A stretch of DNA of 46,119 bases from a virus. Lineage: Duplodnaviria; Heunggongvirae; Uroviricota; Caudoviricetes. Positions within the stretch are counted from its first letter, which is position 1. Each line of letters begins with the position of its first letter. Position numbers and translations under genes: made by a program. Below the pieces are notes generated by a model, which worked only from the letters and a program-made list of their open reading frames with translations, ran no database searches and had not been told where the DNA came from. Of the stretch, positions 8,983 through 19,608 are shown in pieces. Where the stretch lies: positions 64,001 through 110,119 of IMG/VR virus record IMGVR_UViG_3300037087_000772. One strand, written 5' to 3'.

Positions 8983-11900
8983 ATGGCTAAAATAGACGAA
9001 AAATATGTAGAATCCCTAAACAATTATAGCAAGTCGTTGGAACAAGTGGTCGAACTTTTGCAACAACAGGTTAAGAATAAGGATACAGATATTGTTGAAA
9101 CCATGCTAAAAAATATGGATGGTGATAAATTAAAAAAGATAGTTGATGACCTTAAAGAAATAAACGAAACCTCAAAGAAAATTGAATCTAAACAAGATAA
9201 GATTTTACAAGAGATAAAAGACATAAAGAAACAAAAGGAATCTGGAATGTTTGGTCAGGTTTCAGATCCGAAAAATAAAAATAAAATAGTAGATGGAATT
9301 AAAGTCATCGGTTTGATAGCCGGTGGAGTTTTAGCAATCGGGTTAGCTTTTAAAATTATTGGTCGTGTGGATGTTCTTTCTGTTATCGCTTTAGGTTTAT
9401 CTATCTCGGTTATGGTGGCCACATTTGCTTATGTCAATGAGAAAATAAAAGAACCCGACATTAAGAAAACATCTCTTATAGGTGGAATGATGATTATTGT
9501 CGCTTCCGCTATAACTGTTTCCAGTTGGATATTAAGATCAGCTGCCCCAATAAGTTTGAGAACGGCCCTATCAATAACATTCACATCATTGGCTGTTGGA
9601 AGTTCAATATTCATGATGTCTAAATTAATGGAAAAAACAAAAATAACTCCAAGAGTAGTATTTGGATTCTTATTATTACCATTCTTAGCTCCAATTGTTT
9701 CGATGGCCATAGTTACATCAAGTCATATATTATCAATGACTAAACCATTAGACATGAAGATTGTTGGGAGTGTTCTATTCACTTCATTAGCCCTTGGTAT
9801 CGCTCTTTATGGAATGACCAAGGCATTATCTCAATTAACATGGAAAGGGGCCTTAATCGCTATGTTAGGAAAGGGGGCTATATTAACTATTTTAATTGGT
9901 GCCGTCGCTGGTGGAATTGTTCTCGCTTCTTGGTTATTTAGTAAAATATCTCCAATATCATTAATGCAAGGGGTTACGGCTATTTTCGTAGCGGTAACAT
10001 TAGGTATTACTCTATTCTTAATGAGTAAGGTTATGAAATATGTACAACACATGACCCCAGATAAAGCTGTAACAGTCGGATTAGTGATGTTGGCAATAGC
10101 TGGTGTTATACCAGTTGCCAGTTGGTTATTGAGTAAAACAGAAGTATTCTCATATTCCTTTGCACTTAAATTGGCTGTTACAGGGTTGGCTATTGGAATT
10201 GCTATATTAGCTATATCACCATCTTTCTACATCTTAAAGAAGGCTGGTATAAAATACGAAGATATTTTAAAACTTGGATTGACCGCCATCGCGATAGCCG
10301 CTGTAATTGTGGCTATAAGTCATATATTACCTCTCGGAAATTATACAGGACCATATCCGGGATGGGAATGGTCTTTGGAAGTTGGATTATCATTGGCTGT
10401 TTTCGGTGGAGCAATGTATTTGATTAGTAAATTTTCTGACCCTGTAAAAATGGCACTTGGTGGTCTTGGAGTTTTAATGATATCTGCTACAATTATGTTA
10501 TCAAGTTGGGTTCTTTCAGCTGGTAATTATGATAAATATCCAAAATTAGAATGGTCAGAAGGAGTGGGATTGTCATTAGTGGCTTTTGGTGGTAGTATGG
10601 CTTTATTAGGATGGATGTTTATGAGTGGAGTTGGAATCGCGGCTTTTGCACTTGGCGGACTTGGTGTTTTAATGGTATCAGCAGCAATTATGTTATCAAG
10701 TTGGATTCTTTCTGTTGGTAAATATGGAACATATCCAGATTTAGAATGGTCTAAGGGAGTTGGTCTTTCATTAGTAACATTTGGGGTAAGTATGTCCTTA
10801 TTAGGATGGATGATTCTTGGATCATTTGGATTAGGAATGGGTGCTTTGGCTCTTGGTACTATCGGTACACTCATGGTAGCCAATACCATTGTTGAAGTTT
10901 CTAAAATAATATCAAGAGGAAATTATACAAGAGGTCCTGATGCTAAATGGGCAGCTGGTACTGGTTTATTCATTACAACTGTTGGTACATCTATGATGTT
11001 ATTAGGTGGATTAGTAATGGGAACATTGGGAATGGGAATGATCGCTTTATTAATCGGTAGAGAAGCCACATACATGATAGCTAATACAATTGTTGATATA
11101 TCTAAGGCTTTAGCTGGTGGTTCATACGGTTCGATTATCCCTTTAGATTGGGTGATATCTACTGGAATGTTGATAACAACGGTGGGAGCATCAATGTTAT
11201 TAATGGGTTCTATGATAATGGGGACATTGGGTCTTGGTTGGTTAGCACTTAAAATCGGATCAGCTGGAACATATTTGATAGCAGATACAATTGTCAGAGT
11301 ATCTAAAAAATTATCAGAGGGTGTCTATAAAGGTGGTCCAACAGTAGAATGGGCCAAAGGAGTACAAGCTACTATTTTTGCATTCACTGGAACTATGACA
11401 GGATTAGATAGAATAAGTGATAAAGATTTTAGTTTATTGTCGAAATTAGGGGATTCAATAGTTGATTTTCTACAAAAAATAGATAGATATACTGGAAAAA
11501 GTAATATTCCTGAAATATCAACTAATATTGGTATGTTGGTTAAAAATTTACCATCAAGAGGGGTTGGATCTGAATTGGAATCAGTCGCTAATTCTATAAT
11601 GAAAATATCAAATGCGGGATTAACAACGGCAAATGCCATTGATAGTTTATCGAGATCATTAAAACATTTGGATGACACTTTGAGGGGTACAGATATGGAA
11701 AGTTTCCAGAAGTTGGCAAAATTCTCAAGTACATTCACTACTATTTCATTAATAGATGATATGAAATTACAAAAAGCCATTGATACGATTAAAAATAGAA
11801 GTCTTGATATAACAACCGTTATAGATGATAATTCTTCAAGATTTACTAATGTAACAGTTCCATATGCACCGGGAACAGTTCCTACTATCAACTCTCCGTT

Positions 11901-12063
11901 CTTAGATACAGATAAATTGTATGATCCATTGAGTGATTTAGTTTCATATAATAAAAATATAGATAAAAATATTCAAGAATTATTGAAAATACAGAAAGAT
12001 TCTGTTGATAATTCTGGAGATTATACTGTGAGTTCAGCTTCAAGAATAGGTAATCGTTCCTAA
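8983..12063 (+). CDS. Probable tail tape-measure protein
   Basis: 1026 aa; coiled-coil N-terminus; long Ala/Gly/Ile/Leu-rich core with repeated GxYxxxPxxxWxxGxGL units; TAATATATAA upstream. Confidence 0.6.
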   Translation: MAKIDEKYVESLNNYSKSLEQVVELLQQQVKNKDTDIVETMLKNMDGDKLKKIVDDLKEINETSKKIESKQDKILQEIKDIKKQKESGMFGQVSDPKNKNKIVDGIKVIGLIAGGVLAIGLAFKIIGRVDVLSVIALGLSISVMVATFAYVNEKIKEPDIKKTSLIGGMMIIVASAITVSSWILRSAAPISLRTALSITFTSLAVGSSIFMMSKLMEKTKITPRVVFGFLLLPFLAPIVSMAIVTSSHILSMTKPLDMKIVGSVLFTSLALGIALYGMTKALSQLTWKGALIAMLGKGAILTILIGAVAGGIVLASWLFSKISPISLMQGVTAIFVAVTLGITLFLMSKVMKYVQHMTPDKAVTVGLVMLAIAGVIPVASWLLSKTEVFSYSFALKLAVTGLAIGIAILAISPSFYILKKAGIKYEDILKLGLTAIAIAAVIVAISHILPLGNYTGPYPGWEWSLEVGLSLAVFGGAMYLISKFSDPVKMALGGLGVLMISATIMLSSWVLSAGNYDKYPKLEWSEGVGLSLVAFGGSMALLGWMFMSGVGIAAFALGGLGVLMVSAAIMLSSWILSVGKYGTYPDLEWSKGVGLSLVTFGVSMSLLGWMILGSFGLGMGALALGTIGTLMVANTIVEVSKIISRGNYTRGPDAKWAAGTGLFITTVGTSMMLLGGLVMGTLGMGMIALLIGREATYMIANTIVDISKALAGGSYGSIIPLDWVISTGMLITTVGASMLLMGSMIMGTLGLGWLALKIGSAGTYLIADTIVRVSKKLSEGVYKGGPTVEWAKGVQATIFAFTGTMTGLDRISDKDFSLLSKLGDSIVDFLQKIDRYTGKSNIPEISTNIGMLVKNLPSRGVGSELESVANSIMKISNAGLTTANAIDSLSRSLKHLDDTLRGTDMESFQKLAKFSSTFTTISLIDDMKLQKAIDTIKNRSLDITTVIDDNSSRFTNVTVPYAPGTVPTINSPFLDTDKLYDPLSDLVSYNKNIDKNIQELLKIQKDSVDNSGDYTVSSASRIGNRS

Positions 12064-12120
12064 TATTTTATAAACAAACCTCGGATTTTTGATATATAAT
12101 TCAAAAAAGATTTTCTATAT

Positions 12121-12549
12121 ATGTTTAGAAAAATAAAAAATTATTATACCTATCGTAAAATTATCAAACAGAATCTACCAACATTAACATCGAGATATAA
12201 TTTGAAGTTTGATCCCGTTTATGGAAGATTATGGACTGTTTTTAATTTACCATTAGAAAATCATGAAACTGTTCGTAAATATGGTTATCGTTATCTGGAT
12301 GATCAGGTAAAAAAGTATATCAGTTCATTACAAATATATTTCTGGGATATTGGTCTTGGTGAATTAATATCAATAAGAAAAACAGATATGATTGATACGG
12401 TCAATGTCTTAATTGTTTTTCGATATAAATATCACGGATCTCAAACACTCTTATATACAGCTATAATTTTAGCTTCTATCATAGGTGGAAGCATATTAAT
12501 CGGTGGATTAGTAAAATTGATGATCTTTTTGTTCGGATTGATTTTTTAA
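12121..12549 (+). CDS. Hypothetical protein with C-terminal transmembrane segment
   Basis: C-terminal hydrophobic LLYTAIILASIIGGSILIGGLVKLMIFLFGLIF. Confidence 0.55.
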   Translation: MFRKIKNYYTYRKIIKQNLPTLTSRYNLKFDPVYGRLWTVFNLPLENHETVRKYGYRYLDDQVKKYISSLQIYFWDIGLGELISIRKTDMIDTVNVLIVFRYKYHGSQTLLYTAIILASIIGGSILIGGLVKLMIFLFGLIF

Positions 12550-12551
12550 TA

Positions 12552-12785
12552 ATGGAATACACAGAGGAAAATATTTTTGATTGGTATAATTTACAACCAA
12601 TTGATAACCCTTTATCAGAATGTTTCGGATGTGAAGCTAATATGTGTGATTATGGTTCAAGAATACCATATTGTACTATGGATCAATACGATTATAAAGC
12701 TGGAAATTGGAAACCCAATTTTGAAGATTCTGTGAATAGATGGAGAGAAATGAAACTTAATGAAATTTTAAACGAAGAATCTTAA
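12552..12785 (+). CDS. Small hypothetical protein
   Basis: 77 aa with CxxC...C...C. Confidence 0.45.
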   Translation: MEYTEENIFDWYNLQPIDNPLSECFGCEANMCDYGSRIPYCTMDQYDYKAGNWKPNFEDSVNRWREMKLNEILNEES

Positions 12786-12831
12786 ACTTTTAATTTTAGT
12801 AGGAATATAAATTTAAAAATAATTTTCAATT

Positions 12832-13296
12832 ATGGCAGAATTACAAAAAACAAGTGAAGATGTTATTCAATATTTTGAAAACATAGAAAAAAATTTAGCA
12901 CATGCTTTTGATGTGAAGTATGTCTTTGTGACAAATGACAAATCAAAGAAGTTAATTAAGGTAAGTAAATTATCAGATCCGTTTTTATTTTTATTGAACG
13001 CTCATATTTTAGTTACTTTCAATGAAAAATTCTTTGAAAATTTCGATGACCAAGAAAAAGAAATTCTTATAAGTCAGGAATTGGATAAAATTGAATGTGA
13101 TGCTGAAAAAGGTCAAGTAAAAATAAATTCCAATCCGTTAATTTCGACTTCAAGTGGAATCATTGAAAAATTCACCTTGGAACTTGTCAAAAACGCTAAT
13201 AAATTAGAACGAGAATATTTGGCACAATTAAAAGAAAAGGAAAAAGAAGAAAAGGCCGCTAAAGGTGGTGGGAAAAAAGGTAGAAAAAGATTCTAA
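12832..13296 (+). CDS. Hypothetical protein, possibly degenerate phage metallopeptidase-like
   Basis: ILISQELDKIECD resembles HExxH context without the His residues; weak. Confidence 0.4.
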   Translation: MAELQKTSEDVIQYFENIEKNLAHAFDVKYVFVTNDKSKKLIKVSKLSDPFLFLLNAHILVTFNEKFFENFDDQEKEILISQELDKIECDAEKGQVKINSNPLISTSSGIIEKFTLELVKNANKLEREYLAQLKEKEKEEKAAKGGGKKGRKRF

Positions 13297-13317
13297 AATA
13301 AAATAAATAAGGAAATT

Positions 13318-13662
13318 ATGGAATACGAAATCGAATGGGAAGATGTCATGGAATATTTAGAAAAACATTCAATATCTTTGTCTGAAAAAGATAGTGTATT
13401 AGATGCTATTAATTACGACATAGATGATATTATTGAATATCTCGAAAATCATGATATATCGGATTCAGATACAAATGAAATATTAGAAGCCGTAGATCAC
13501 ACTTGTAAAGAGATTGTCGAAGAAGAACCATATGGTCTAAAATTACCAACTGAAAATTTAAATGATGAATGTAGATTCGATATCGTAAGAAATTTATACA
13601 ACAATTTAACCTTAGAAGAACTACAAGATATTGAAAATAAAATCAAGATAAGAATTATCTAA
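13318..13662 (+). CDS. Acidic hypothetical protein
   Basis: Duplicated MEYLEKHSIS / IEYLENHDIS unit. Confidence 0.5.
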   Translation: MEYEIEWEDVMEYLEKHSISLSEKDSVLDAINYDIDDIIEYLENHDISDSDTNEILEAVDHTCKEIVEEEPYGLKLPTENLNDECRFDIVRNLYNNLTLEELQDIENKIKIRII

Positions 13663-13669
13663 AAAATAA

Positions 13670-14578
13670 ATGAATAAGAAAATGGAAGAGAAAGAATTAA
13701 AGGACTTCGCATTAACAGAAGGGGAATACAACAAATACAAAGACGCTGAAATTAAAACATCCTTAGAAGATCTTGAAAAATTTGATTTTTCGAGTGATGC
13801 TCAACTTAATTTAGATGAATATGCTGAAATGGTTCATCTTTTAGAATTAACTCAAAACCCAACCGAAGAAAAAAGAGAAGCTCTTAAAGCACAAGATGCT
13901 GAGAATGTTATCTTGAAAGAAGGAGAAAAATTTGTAGGGAAAGAAGTTGTCGAACAATTTGAAAAAGAAAGACAAAGACTAAAAGATTTTCTTCGTAAAT
14001 ACGAAGTAAATACCGAATTAGTCAAGAATATGAGTGAACCAGAAAAAAATAAACTTTATGAAATAGCCAATTTCTTATTCAGTAATTTTCAAAAGCTACA
14101 TAATAATTTGAACATTATATTTCCACTATCCATTGAAGAATTTAAATTTGTCAATGAGGTTATCACAAAGAAATTAGATTATGACAGGGATGGTTGTTTT
14201 CAAGTAAAAGAACTTAAAGAAACATATCTGAATCATTATCCAAAATTCATTAAGAGTGATGTTAATGTTACCGATATGGGAACTATAATCAACATCAATA
14301 CTCTTATGATTTTATATCACCACATAACCAGATATAAAGTTAAAGGAGCTCAAACTGAATTTGATTTATTCATCAGTATGGTTACAAAGATGGAAGAAAG
14401 ACTTATGTTATACAACGCTTATAAAATTTTAACAGAGAGATTGAGTCAAGAATTCGTGGTATGGGGTGGTGCAATTTCAGTAGATGAAGAATCTGTTGTT
14501 GGTAATACTGGTCAACCACAAACTGAAGTTAAAGATGAATTAAAAGTAGTTGATGAAGTAACAGGAAAAGAAAAATAA
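13670..14578 (+). CDS. Hypothetical helical protein
   Basis: 302 aa ORF in co-directional cluster. Confidence 0.55.
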   Translation: MNKKMEEKELKDFALTEGEYNKYKDAEIKTSLEDLEKFDFSSDAQLNLDEYAEMVHLLELTQNPTEEKREALKAQDAENVILKEGEKFVGKEVVEQFEKERQRLKDFLRKYEVNTELVKNMSEPEKNKLYEIANFLFSNFQKLHNNLNIIFPLSIEEFKFVNEVITKKLDYDRDGCFQVKELKETYLNHYPKFIKSDVNVTDMGTIININTLMILYHHITRYKVKGAQTEFDLFISMVTKMEERLMLYNAYKILTERLSQEFVVWGGAISVDEESVVGNTGQPQTEVKDELKVVDEVTGKEK

Positions 14579-14663
14579 AATGACCGACACACTTTAACAC
14601 AATCAATTAAAGCTTTGACCCATATGGATTGAAGCTTTTTTTGTGTAAAACAAAATGAATTAG

Positions 14664-15122
14664 ATGAAAATAAAAGTAGTAAATAAATCAAACAATGAAT
14701 TACCATCATATCAAACCAGTGGATCGGCAGGAATGGATGTGAGGGCTTGGATAGAAAGTCCAATGGGAGAAGTCCCAATGATCATAAGATTAAAACCAAT
14801 GGAAAGAAAGATGATTCAAACAGGACTTTACTTTGAAATTCCAGAGGGTTACGAATTACAAATTAGACCTCGTAGTGGTTTAGCTATCAAAAACGGGATT
14901 ACTATTATCAATACACCCGGTACATTAGATTCTGATTATCGTGGAGAATTATGTATTTTATTAGTGAATTTATCAAATGAAATTTTCGAAATTAATAATG
15001 GAGATAGAATAGCCCAAATTCTTATTAAACAGTATGAGATTGCTGAATGGGAACAAGTAGAAACTCTTTCAAATAATACAGAAAGAGGTAAGGGAGGTTT
15101 CAATTCAACTGGAATTAAATAA
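14664..15122 (+). CDS. dut: Trimeric dUTP diphosphatase
   Basis: SAGMDVRA, IRPRSGLA, NTPGTLDSDYRGE, GDRIAQ, RGKGGFNSTG. Confidence 0.95.
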   Translation: MKIKVVNKSNNELPSYQTSGSAGMDVRAWIESPMGEVPMIIRLKPMERKMIQTGLYFEIPEGYELQIRPRSGLAIKNGITIINTPGTLDSDYRGELCILLVNLSNEIFEINNGDRIAQILIKQYEIAEWEQVETLSNNTERGKGGFNSTGIK

Positions 15123-15144
15123 TATATAAATAAAAAACATAGAT

Positions 15145-15543
15145 ATGATGAAAAAATTATTAATGTATATCGGAATCGTTCTTCTAATGATATTATCTTG
15201 TAGTAGTTGTAGTAAGGATACTGATGATAATGTAATTAGATCTTTACCACTTCAGAGTGGAATAATTACAGATTCAACAATCTGTGTTGATCTTACAAGT
15301 CTCTCAAATGTAACGGGAGTTAAAGTTATACTTCATTTATTACCATCCAAAGTGGATACTTTTACCTCAGTATTACTTTTTGGACAATTTAAAACTGGAA
15401 TTACTGGATGTGATACAACAGCAACTTCTGATTGTTCAGTATTTGAATTTTCTTTGAATATGAAAGAAATGAAAACAAAAGCATTATTTAGAGTAAAACC
15501 ATCGGATAATTATCAATCATATCGAGCAGAAGTCAACTATTAA
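15145..15543 (+). CDS. Putative lipoprotein
   Basis: MMKKLLMYIGIVLLMILSCSSC signal with lipobox Cys. Confidence 0.6.
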   Translation: MMKKLLMYIGIVLLMILSCSSCSKDTDDNVIRSLPLQSGIITDSTICVDLTSLSNVTGVKVILHLLPSKVDTFTSVLLFGQFKTGITGCDTTATSDCSVFEFSLNMKEMKTKALFRVKPSDNYQSYRAEVNY

Positions 15544-15589
15544 AACTTTAACCCATTTTTTCCATATAATATAAAAGAGAATTGATTAT

Positions 15590-16144
15590 ATGGAACATTG
15601 TAATTTTAGTGGTGGTGCAATTGGAAGTGATCTCCTTTTTGAAACTGAGGGTGAAAAATATGGAGTTAAAACAAGAGCATATTCTTTTTATGGTCATGAT
15701 ACTTCGTCAAAAAATAGATGGGTTCTCACATCTAAACAATTAGAAGAAGGATTTGACCATGTTAAAATAGCCAATAAATCCTTGAAAAGAAATATTACCA
15801 CAATATCATCTTATATTAAAAATTTATTAAGTAGAAATTGGTATCAGGTAAAAAATTCAATAGCTATTTATGCCATTGGAACTATTCAAGAAAATATGAA
15901 AATAGTTAATGGTGGAACTGGTTGGGCTTGTCAAATGGCTATAGATAATCATAAACCAGTTTATGTTTTTGATCAAAATAAAAATAGTTGGTTTATGTTT
16001 GATCTTAATAAATGGGAATTCGATAAAATGAATACAATTCCAGTATTAACAGAAAATTTTGCTGGTATTGGAACTCGTGATATAAATGAAGATGGAAAAA
16101 GGGCCATTCAGGAATTATATAAATCAAATTTAAAAATTAAATAA
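15590..16144 (+). CDS. SLOG-superfamily (DprA/YpsA-like Rossmann fold) protein
   Basis: SGGAIGSD, RNWYQV, GGTGWACQMA, KPVYVFDQ, FAGIGTR. Confidence 0.65.
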   Translation: MEHCNFSGGAIGSDLLFETEGEKYGVKTRAYSFYGHDTSSKNRWVLTSKQLEEGFDHVKIANKSLKRNITTISSYIKNLLSRNWYQVKNSIAIYAIGTIQENMKIVNGGTGWACQMAIDNHKPVYVFDQNKNSWFMFDLNKWEFDKMNTIPVLTENFAGIGTRDINEDGKRAIQELYKSNLKIK

Positions 16145-16235
16145 CAAAATGGGTTATTTATTAGGTTTTTTAATAGGAATAATTATTATTTTTTTGTTTT
16201 TGCTTTTAATGGAACATTTAGATGATAAATAATAA

Positions 16236-16637
16236 ATGAAATTTAGAACACACATACAAGCTAAATTATATTTAAAATGGATTAACTTTTGGTATCCTAT
16301 AAAATTTAAGTGGAAAGGTCAACATTTAAAAGGGAATCATTCTCGTATAATAAAAGAAGGTGAGATAAATGGTATAATGGATGATAATAAATATACCGTT
16401 TTTAAAGAATTTTGGACTCAGGAAATGATTGATGACCTAAAAAACATGAAAAGTATGGATGAAGTACTTGAAATGGAAACTGAAATAAATCATAATGAAG
16501 AAAGAAAACAAAAATTAGATTGGATGTTAGATGATAAGAAAATTGAACCAACTGAACCCACTCCTTTTGAATTATCAATAAGTAAAAAAATAAAAGAGAA
16601 TGCAGAGAAATATAGAAATGACAATTTAAAATTATAA
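16236..16637 (+). CDS. Hypothetical protein
   Basis: 133 aa, TAATG-coupled to next gene. Confidence 0.5.
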   Translation: MKFRTHIQAKLYLKWINFWYPIKFKWKGQHLKGNHSRIIKEGEINGIMDDNKYTVFKEFWTQEMIDDLKNMKSMDEVLEMETEINHNEERKQKLDWMLDDKKIEPTEPTPFELSISKKIKENAEKYRNDNLKL

Positions 16638-16924
16638 TGGAAGAAGAAAATGAAGAAATCAGAATAGCGAATTTCAAATTCCCTATTCTTTTGTATGAAT
16701 GGGATAGTAGGATATGGATGAATGATCCCGAAGATGATTATATCATAAAGAGAACATATGTTGATATTGATGGAGATTCTGGTGAAAAAGAAATATTTTC
16801 ATATAGGGAGGTTGAATGTGGTGATACAATAGAATTCGAAGGGGAGATATATCGTTTTCCATTACCGAAAACATCAAATCATATAAATATATTAATTGAT
16901 ATATTAAAAGAAGAATTTGAATAA
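16637..16924 (+). CDS. Acidic hypothetical protein
   Basis: 95 aa, coupled to previous ORF. Confidence 0.5.
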   Translation: MEEENEEIRIANFKFPILLYEWDSRIWMNDPEDDYIIKRTYVDIDGDSGEKEIFSYREVECGDTIEFEGEIYRFPLPKTSNHINILIDILKEEFE

Positions 16925-16954
16925 AAATAAGAACAATTTAAAGATTAGATTCAA

Positions 16955-17464
16955 ATGATAAACAAACGAGTTAAAATTGTTAGAGACACAGTATCACATA
17001 GAATCCCAATTGGAAATATTGTAAGAATTAAAAGTGAATACGATAAAACCATCAAAGGGAAAAAATGTTGGAATATTTTAGATTTAAACTGCTATGTATC
17101 AGAAGATGATATTGAAGTTTTATCTGAAGAAGAAGAAGAATTAAAAACACCCGTATTAATAAATGAGATCTTTGATAAGAACGAAAATAAAGATTTGAAA
17201 AAAGCCGATGATACATGGTTCGATTCTTACTCTGATACAATATTAAAAAGTGAAACTAAATCAACCAAAGAGAATAAATTTAAAAAAGGAGATAAAGTTT
17301 ATGCTCGAAATGTGACGGCACTGACACCCAATGGTACTCAAAATAAGGCCAAAGACGGTGTTTATTTCTTTTATGAAATTGCCAATAATAGAATTTGGTT
17401 AAGACGAAATGATAAAACTGACTTAAATGAATATTTTTGTCTTGAGAAAGATGTAAAAAAATAA
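16955..17464 (+). CDS. Hypothetical protein with two short beta-rich (SH3-like) segments
   Basis: KRVKIVRD...IGNIVRI and KFKKGDKVYAR; weak. Confidence 0.45.
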   Translation: MINKRVKIVRDTVSHRIPIGNIVRIKSEYDKTIKGKKCWNILDLNCYVSEDDIEVLSEEEEELKTPVLINEIFDKNENKDLKKADDTWFDSYSDTILKSETKSTKENKFKKGDKVYARNVTALTPNGTQNKAKDGVYFFYEIANNRIWLRRNDKTDLNEYFCLEKDVKK

Positions 17465-17611
17465 ACATGAAATTATCAAATAACAAAAAGGATCTGGATC
17501 AAGAATGGAAATGCTTACTTTCTGTTTATTCTAATTTAAATTGGGACGGAAGAAATATTGCAAAGAAAAGAATAAAGACAATCAGACTTAAATTAAAAAA
17601 AATTAATAAGA

Positions 17612-18058
17612 ATGGATAGTAAATTAGAAACAACAAGACATATTCTCAGGGTGAAAGATCTCCTGATGGAGTTTAGAGAAAAACTTCAACAAAGAGGTAT
17701 AGACCATGATGAATCAAAACTTCAAGAACCAGAAAAAACTGGATTTGATGAAATGACATATAAATTAAGTAGTATTACTTATGGAAGTGACGAATATAAA
17801 CAGATGTTAAAGGATTTAAAGCCAATCCTCGACCACCATTATGAAAATAATTCTCACCACCCAGAACATTATGAAAATGGTGTGGATGGAATGGACTTAT
17901 TGGATATTGTTGAAATGTTAATGGATTGGAGAGCATCAACAGAAAGACATTCTGATGGTGATATTCATAAATCTCTCGAAATAAATAAAGAAAGATTTCA
18001 TATGTCAAATCAATTATATAATATTTTAAAAAATACAATAAAGAACTTTAATTGGTAA
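17612..18058 (+). CDS. DUF5662-like HD-related protein
   Basis: HDESKLQEPE...HHYENNSHHPEHY...MDLLDIVEMLMDW. Confidence 0.7.
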   Translation: MDSKLETTRHILRVKDLLMEFREKLQQRGIDHDESKLQEPEKTGFDEMTYKLSSITYGSDEYKQMLKDLKPILDHHYENNSHHPEHYENGVDGMDLLDIVEMLMDWRASTERHSDGDIHKSLEINKERFHMSNQLYNILKNTIKNFNW

Positions 18059-18297
18059 AATACAAAGATTAATCTATTAAATGACACAAGAAGAATGTTA
18101 TTTCTATTTAGACATGGAAAGGATTTTTATACGACTTCATACAATTTTTGAACTCGGTGGTGATGGAAGTTTTATTGCCAAACAAAAATTATATATGTAC
18201 CAACAGTTATTTAAACCCGTATATTCAAATGGTGATGTGTATATTGATTTTTCTGGGTGTATTTGTTTTAATTAGTGTAATTAATAAAATTTAAGAA

Positions 18298-18546
18298 ATG
18301 ATAAAGATAACAGAAGAACAATACAATGAGGCAGTAAAAACAATTAAAAAATATCATCAACAAAAGAAAGAATTAGTTGCTGATAAATGTTCTCACAGGG
18401 GAGCTTGGATGATAGCAAATAAAGAACATCCCAATTCATTATCAAATAATTTTTATTGTCCAGATTGTAAATTGGCATTTACTACGACAAGATGTGAAAT
18501 TTGTAATGGAACTGGTGAATTTTATATCAAATTAAAAACAAGATAA
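18298..18546 (+). CDS. Small Cys-rich (zinc finger) protein
   Basis: CPDC and CEICNGTG motifs. Confidence 0.5.
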   Translation: MIKITEEQYNEAVKTIKKYHQQKKELVADKCSHRGAWMIANKEHPNSLSNNFYCPDCKLAFTTTRCEICNGTGEFYIKLKTR

Positions 18547-18547
18547 T

Positions 18548-18847
18548 ATGTCTGAAAAAATTATTGATGTTATAAAAGATGTTTATGACAGACCAGATCA
18601 AATTGAAGTACCAGTGTGGTATGATAGAGGTGGTGGATTAATAGTCCGTAGAGATGCTTTATCTCCAGATAATCCAGAACATACTTATAATTACATGAAA
18701 AATGTAATGAATGTTTGTCCAGAAGATTATGGTGTATTACATCCTGATACAGAAAAGTATAAAGATTATACCAAAGAACAATTAATGTCCCGTATAATCG
18801 AACTCGAAAAAGAAAACAGATATTTATCAAATAATATCTATCCATGA
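18548..18847 (+). CDS. Hypothetical protein
   Basis: 99 aa in tightly packed + strand run. Confidence 0.45.
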   Translation: MSEKIIDVIKDVYDRPDQIEVPVWYDRGGGLIVRRDALSPDNPEHTYNYMKNVMNVCPEDYGVLHPDTEKYKDYTKEQLMSRIIELEKENRYLSNNIYP

Positions 18848-19224
18848 TAAAATACGAAGATTTAAATATAGGGGATATAATTCTTATCCCAAAAGGAACA
18901 GCAATTTGGAGTATCAAATTACAACAAACAATTGTGTTGTATAATGATATTATGACTAAAATAACACATACAACATATGATAATGGATCTATTTTTGTTA
19001 TGCCACAAATAAAAATAGCTCCAATAATGTATATAGATTTTAGTTACGACAAGTCAAAAGAATTGACTCCATCTCCCATAACTCCCGAATATGTAGATGA
19101 CGAAACATTTGGTGAACTTCACTATGGATATGATCCAGAAATATATACGAACAATAATAGAAATTTAAATTTGAAAAATATTTTAAATGAACTTGGTACA
19201 GAACAAGATACATTAAATATATAA
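18844..19224 (+). CDS. Hypothetical protein
   Basis: ATGA overlap with previous gene. Confidence 0.45.
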   Translation: MIKYEDLNIGDIILIPKGTAIWSIKLQQTIVLYNDIMTKITHTTYDNGSIFVMPQIKIAPIMYIDFSYDKSKELTPSPITPEYVDDETFGELHYGYDPEIYTNNNRNLNLKNILNELGTEQDTLNI

Positions 19225-19236
19225 GAATAAAATGTT

Positions 19237-19608
19237 ATGACAGAAAACAAAAAAAACCTTATTAGACAATTAATGTATCTAAATGGTTCTATTAATTCAC
19301 AGCATGAATTCATTCAGAATGTAATAGAAACGATTAAGGGGGCTGTTCCCGAAATTGAACACATTTCCTTGGCTGACATCGCAGAAGATGTCCTGAACGA
19401 GATAATACCCCTCTATGACAAATATTTCACTGAAGAACAATTACAGGAATTATATGATTTCTTTTCAATAAGAGCATTTTATTTCAAGAATGTTCTTCAA
19501 ATAAATCAAGAAAGTTTTAATATCGGAGAAAAAATAGGAGAAATAGTATCACAGAGAATTAATGAATATAAACAACAACAATTAAAAAAAGAAGAAAATG
19601 GAAAATAA
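19237..19608 (+). CDS. DUF2059-like protein
   Basis: LYDKYFTEEQLQELYDFF. Confidence 0.5.
   Translation: MTENKKNLIRQLMYLNGSINSQHEFIQNVIETIKGAVPEIEHISLADIAEDVLNEIIPLYDKYFTEEQLQELYDFFSIRAFYFKNVLQINQESFNIGEKIGEIVSQRINEYKQQQLKKEENGK

Noticed and set aside
9024-11891. Antisense ORFs within the tape-measure candidate
   Set aside because: Shadow ORFs of a long Ala/Gly-rich gene with no recognisable motifs.
15145-15543. Lipoprotein as an outer spanin
   Set aside because: No adjacent or overlapping inner-spanin gene, and far from the endolysin.
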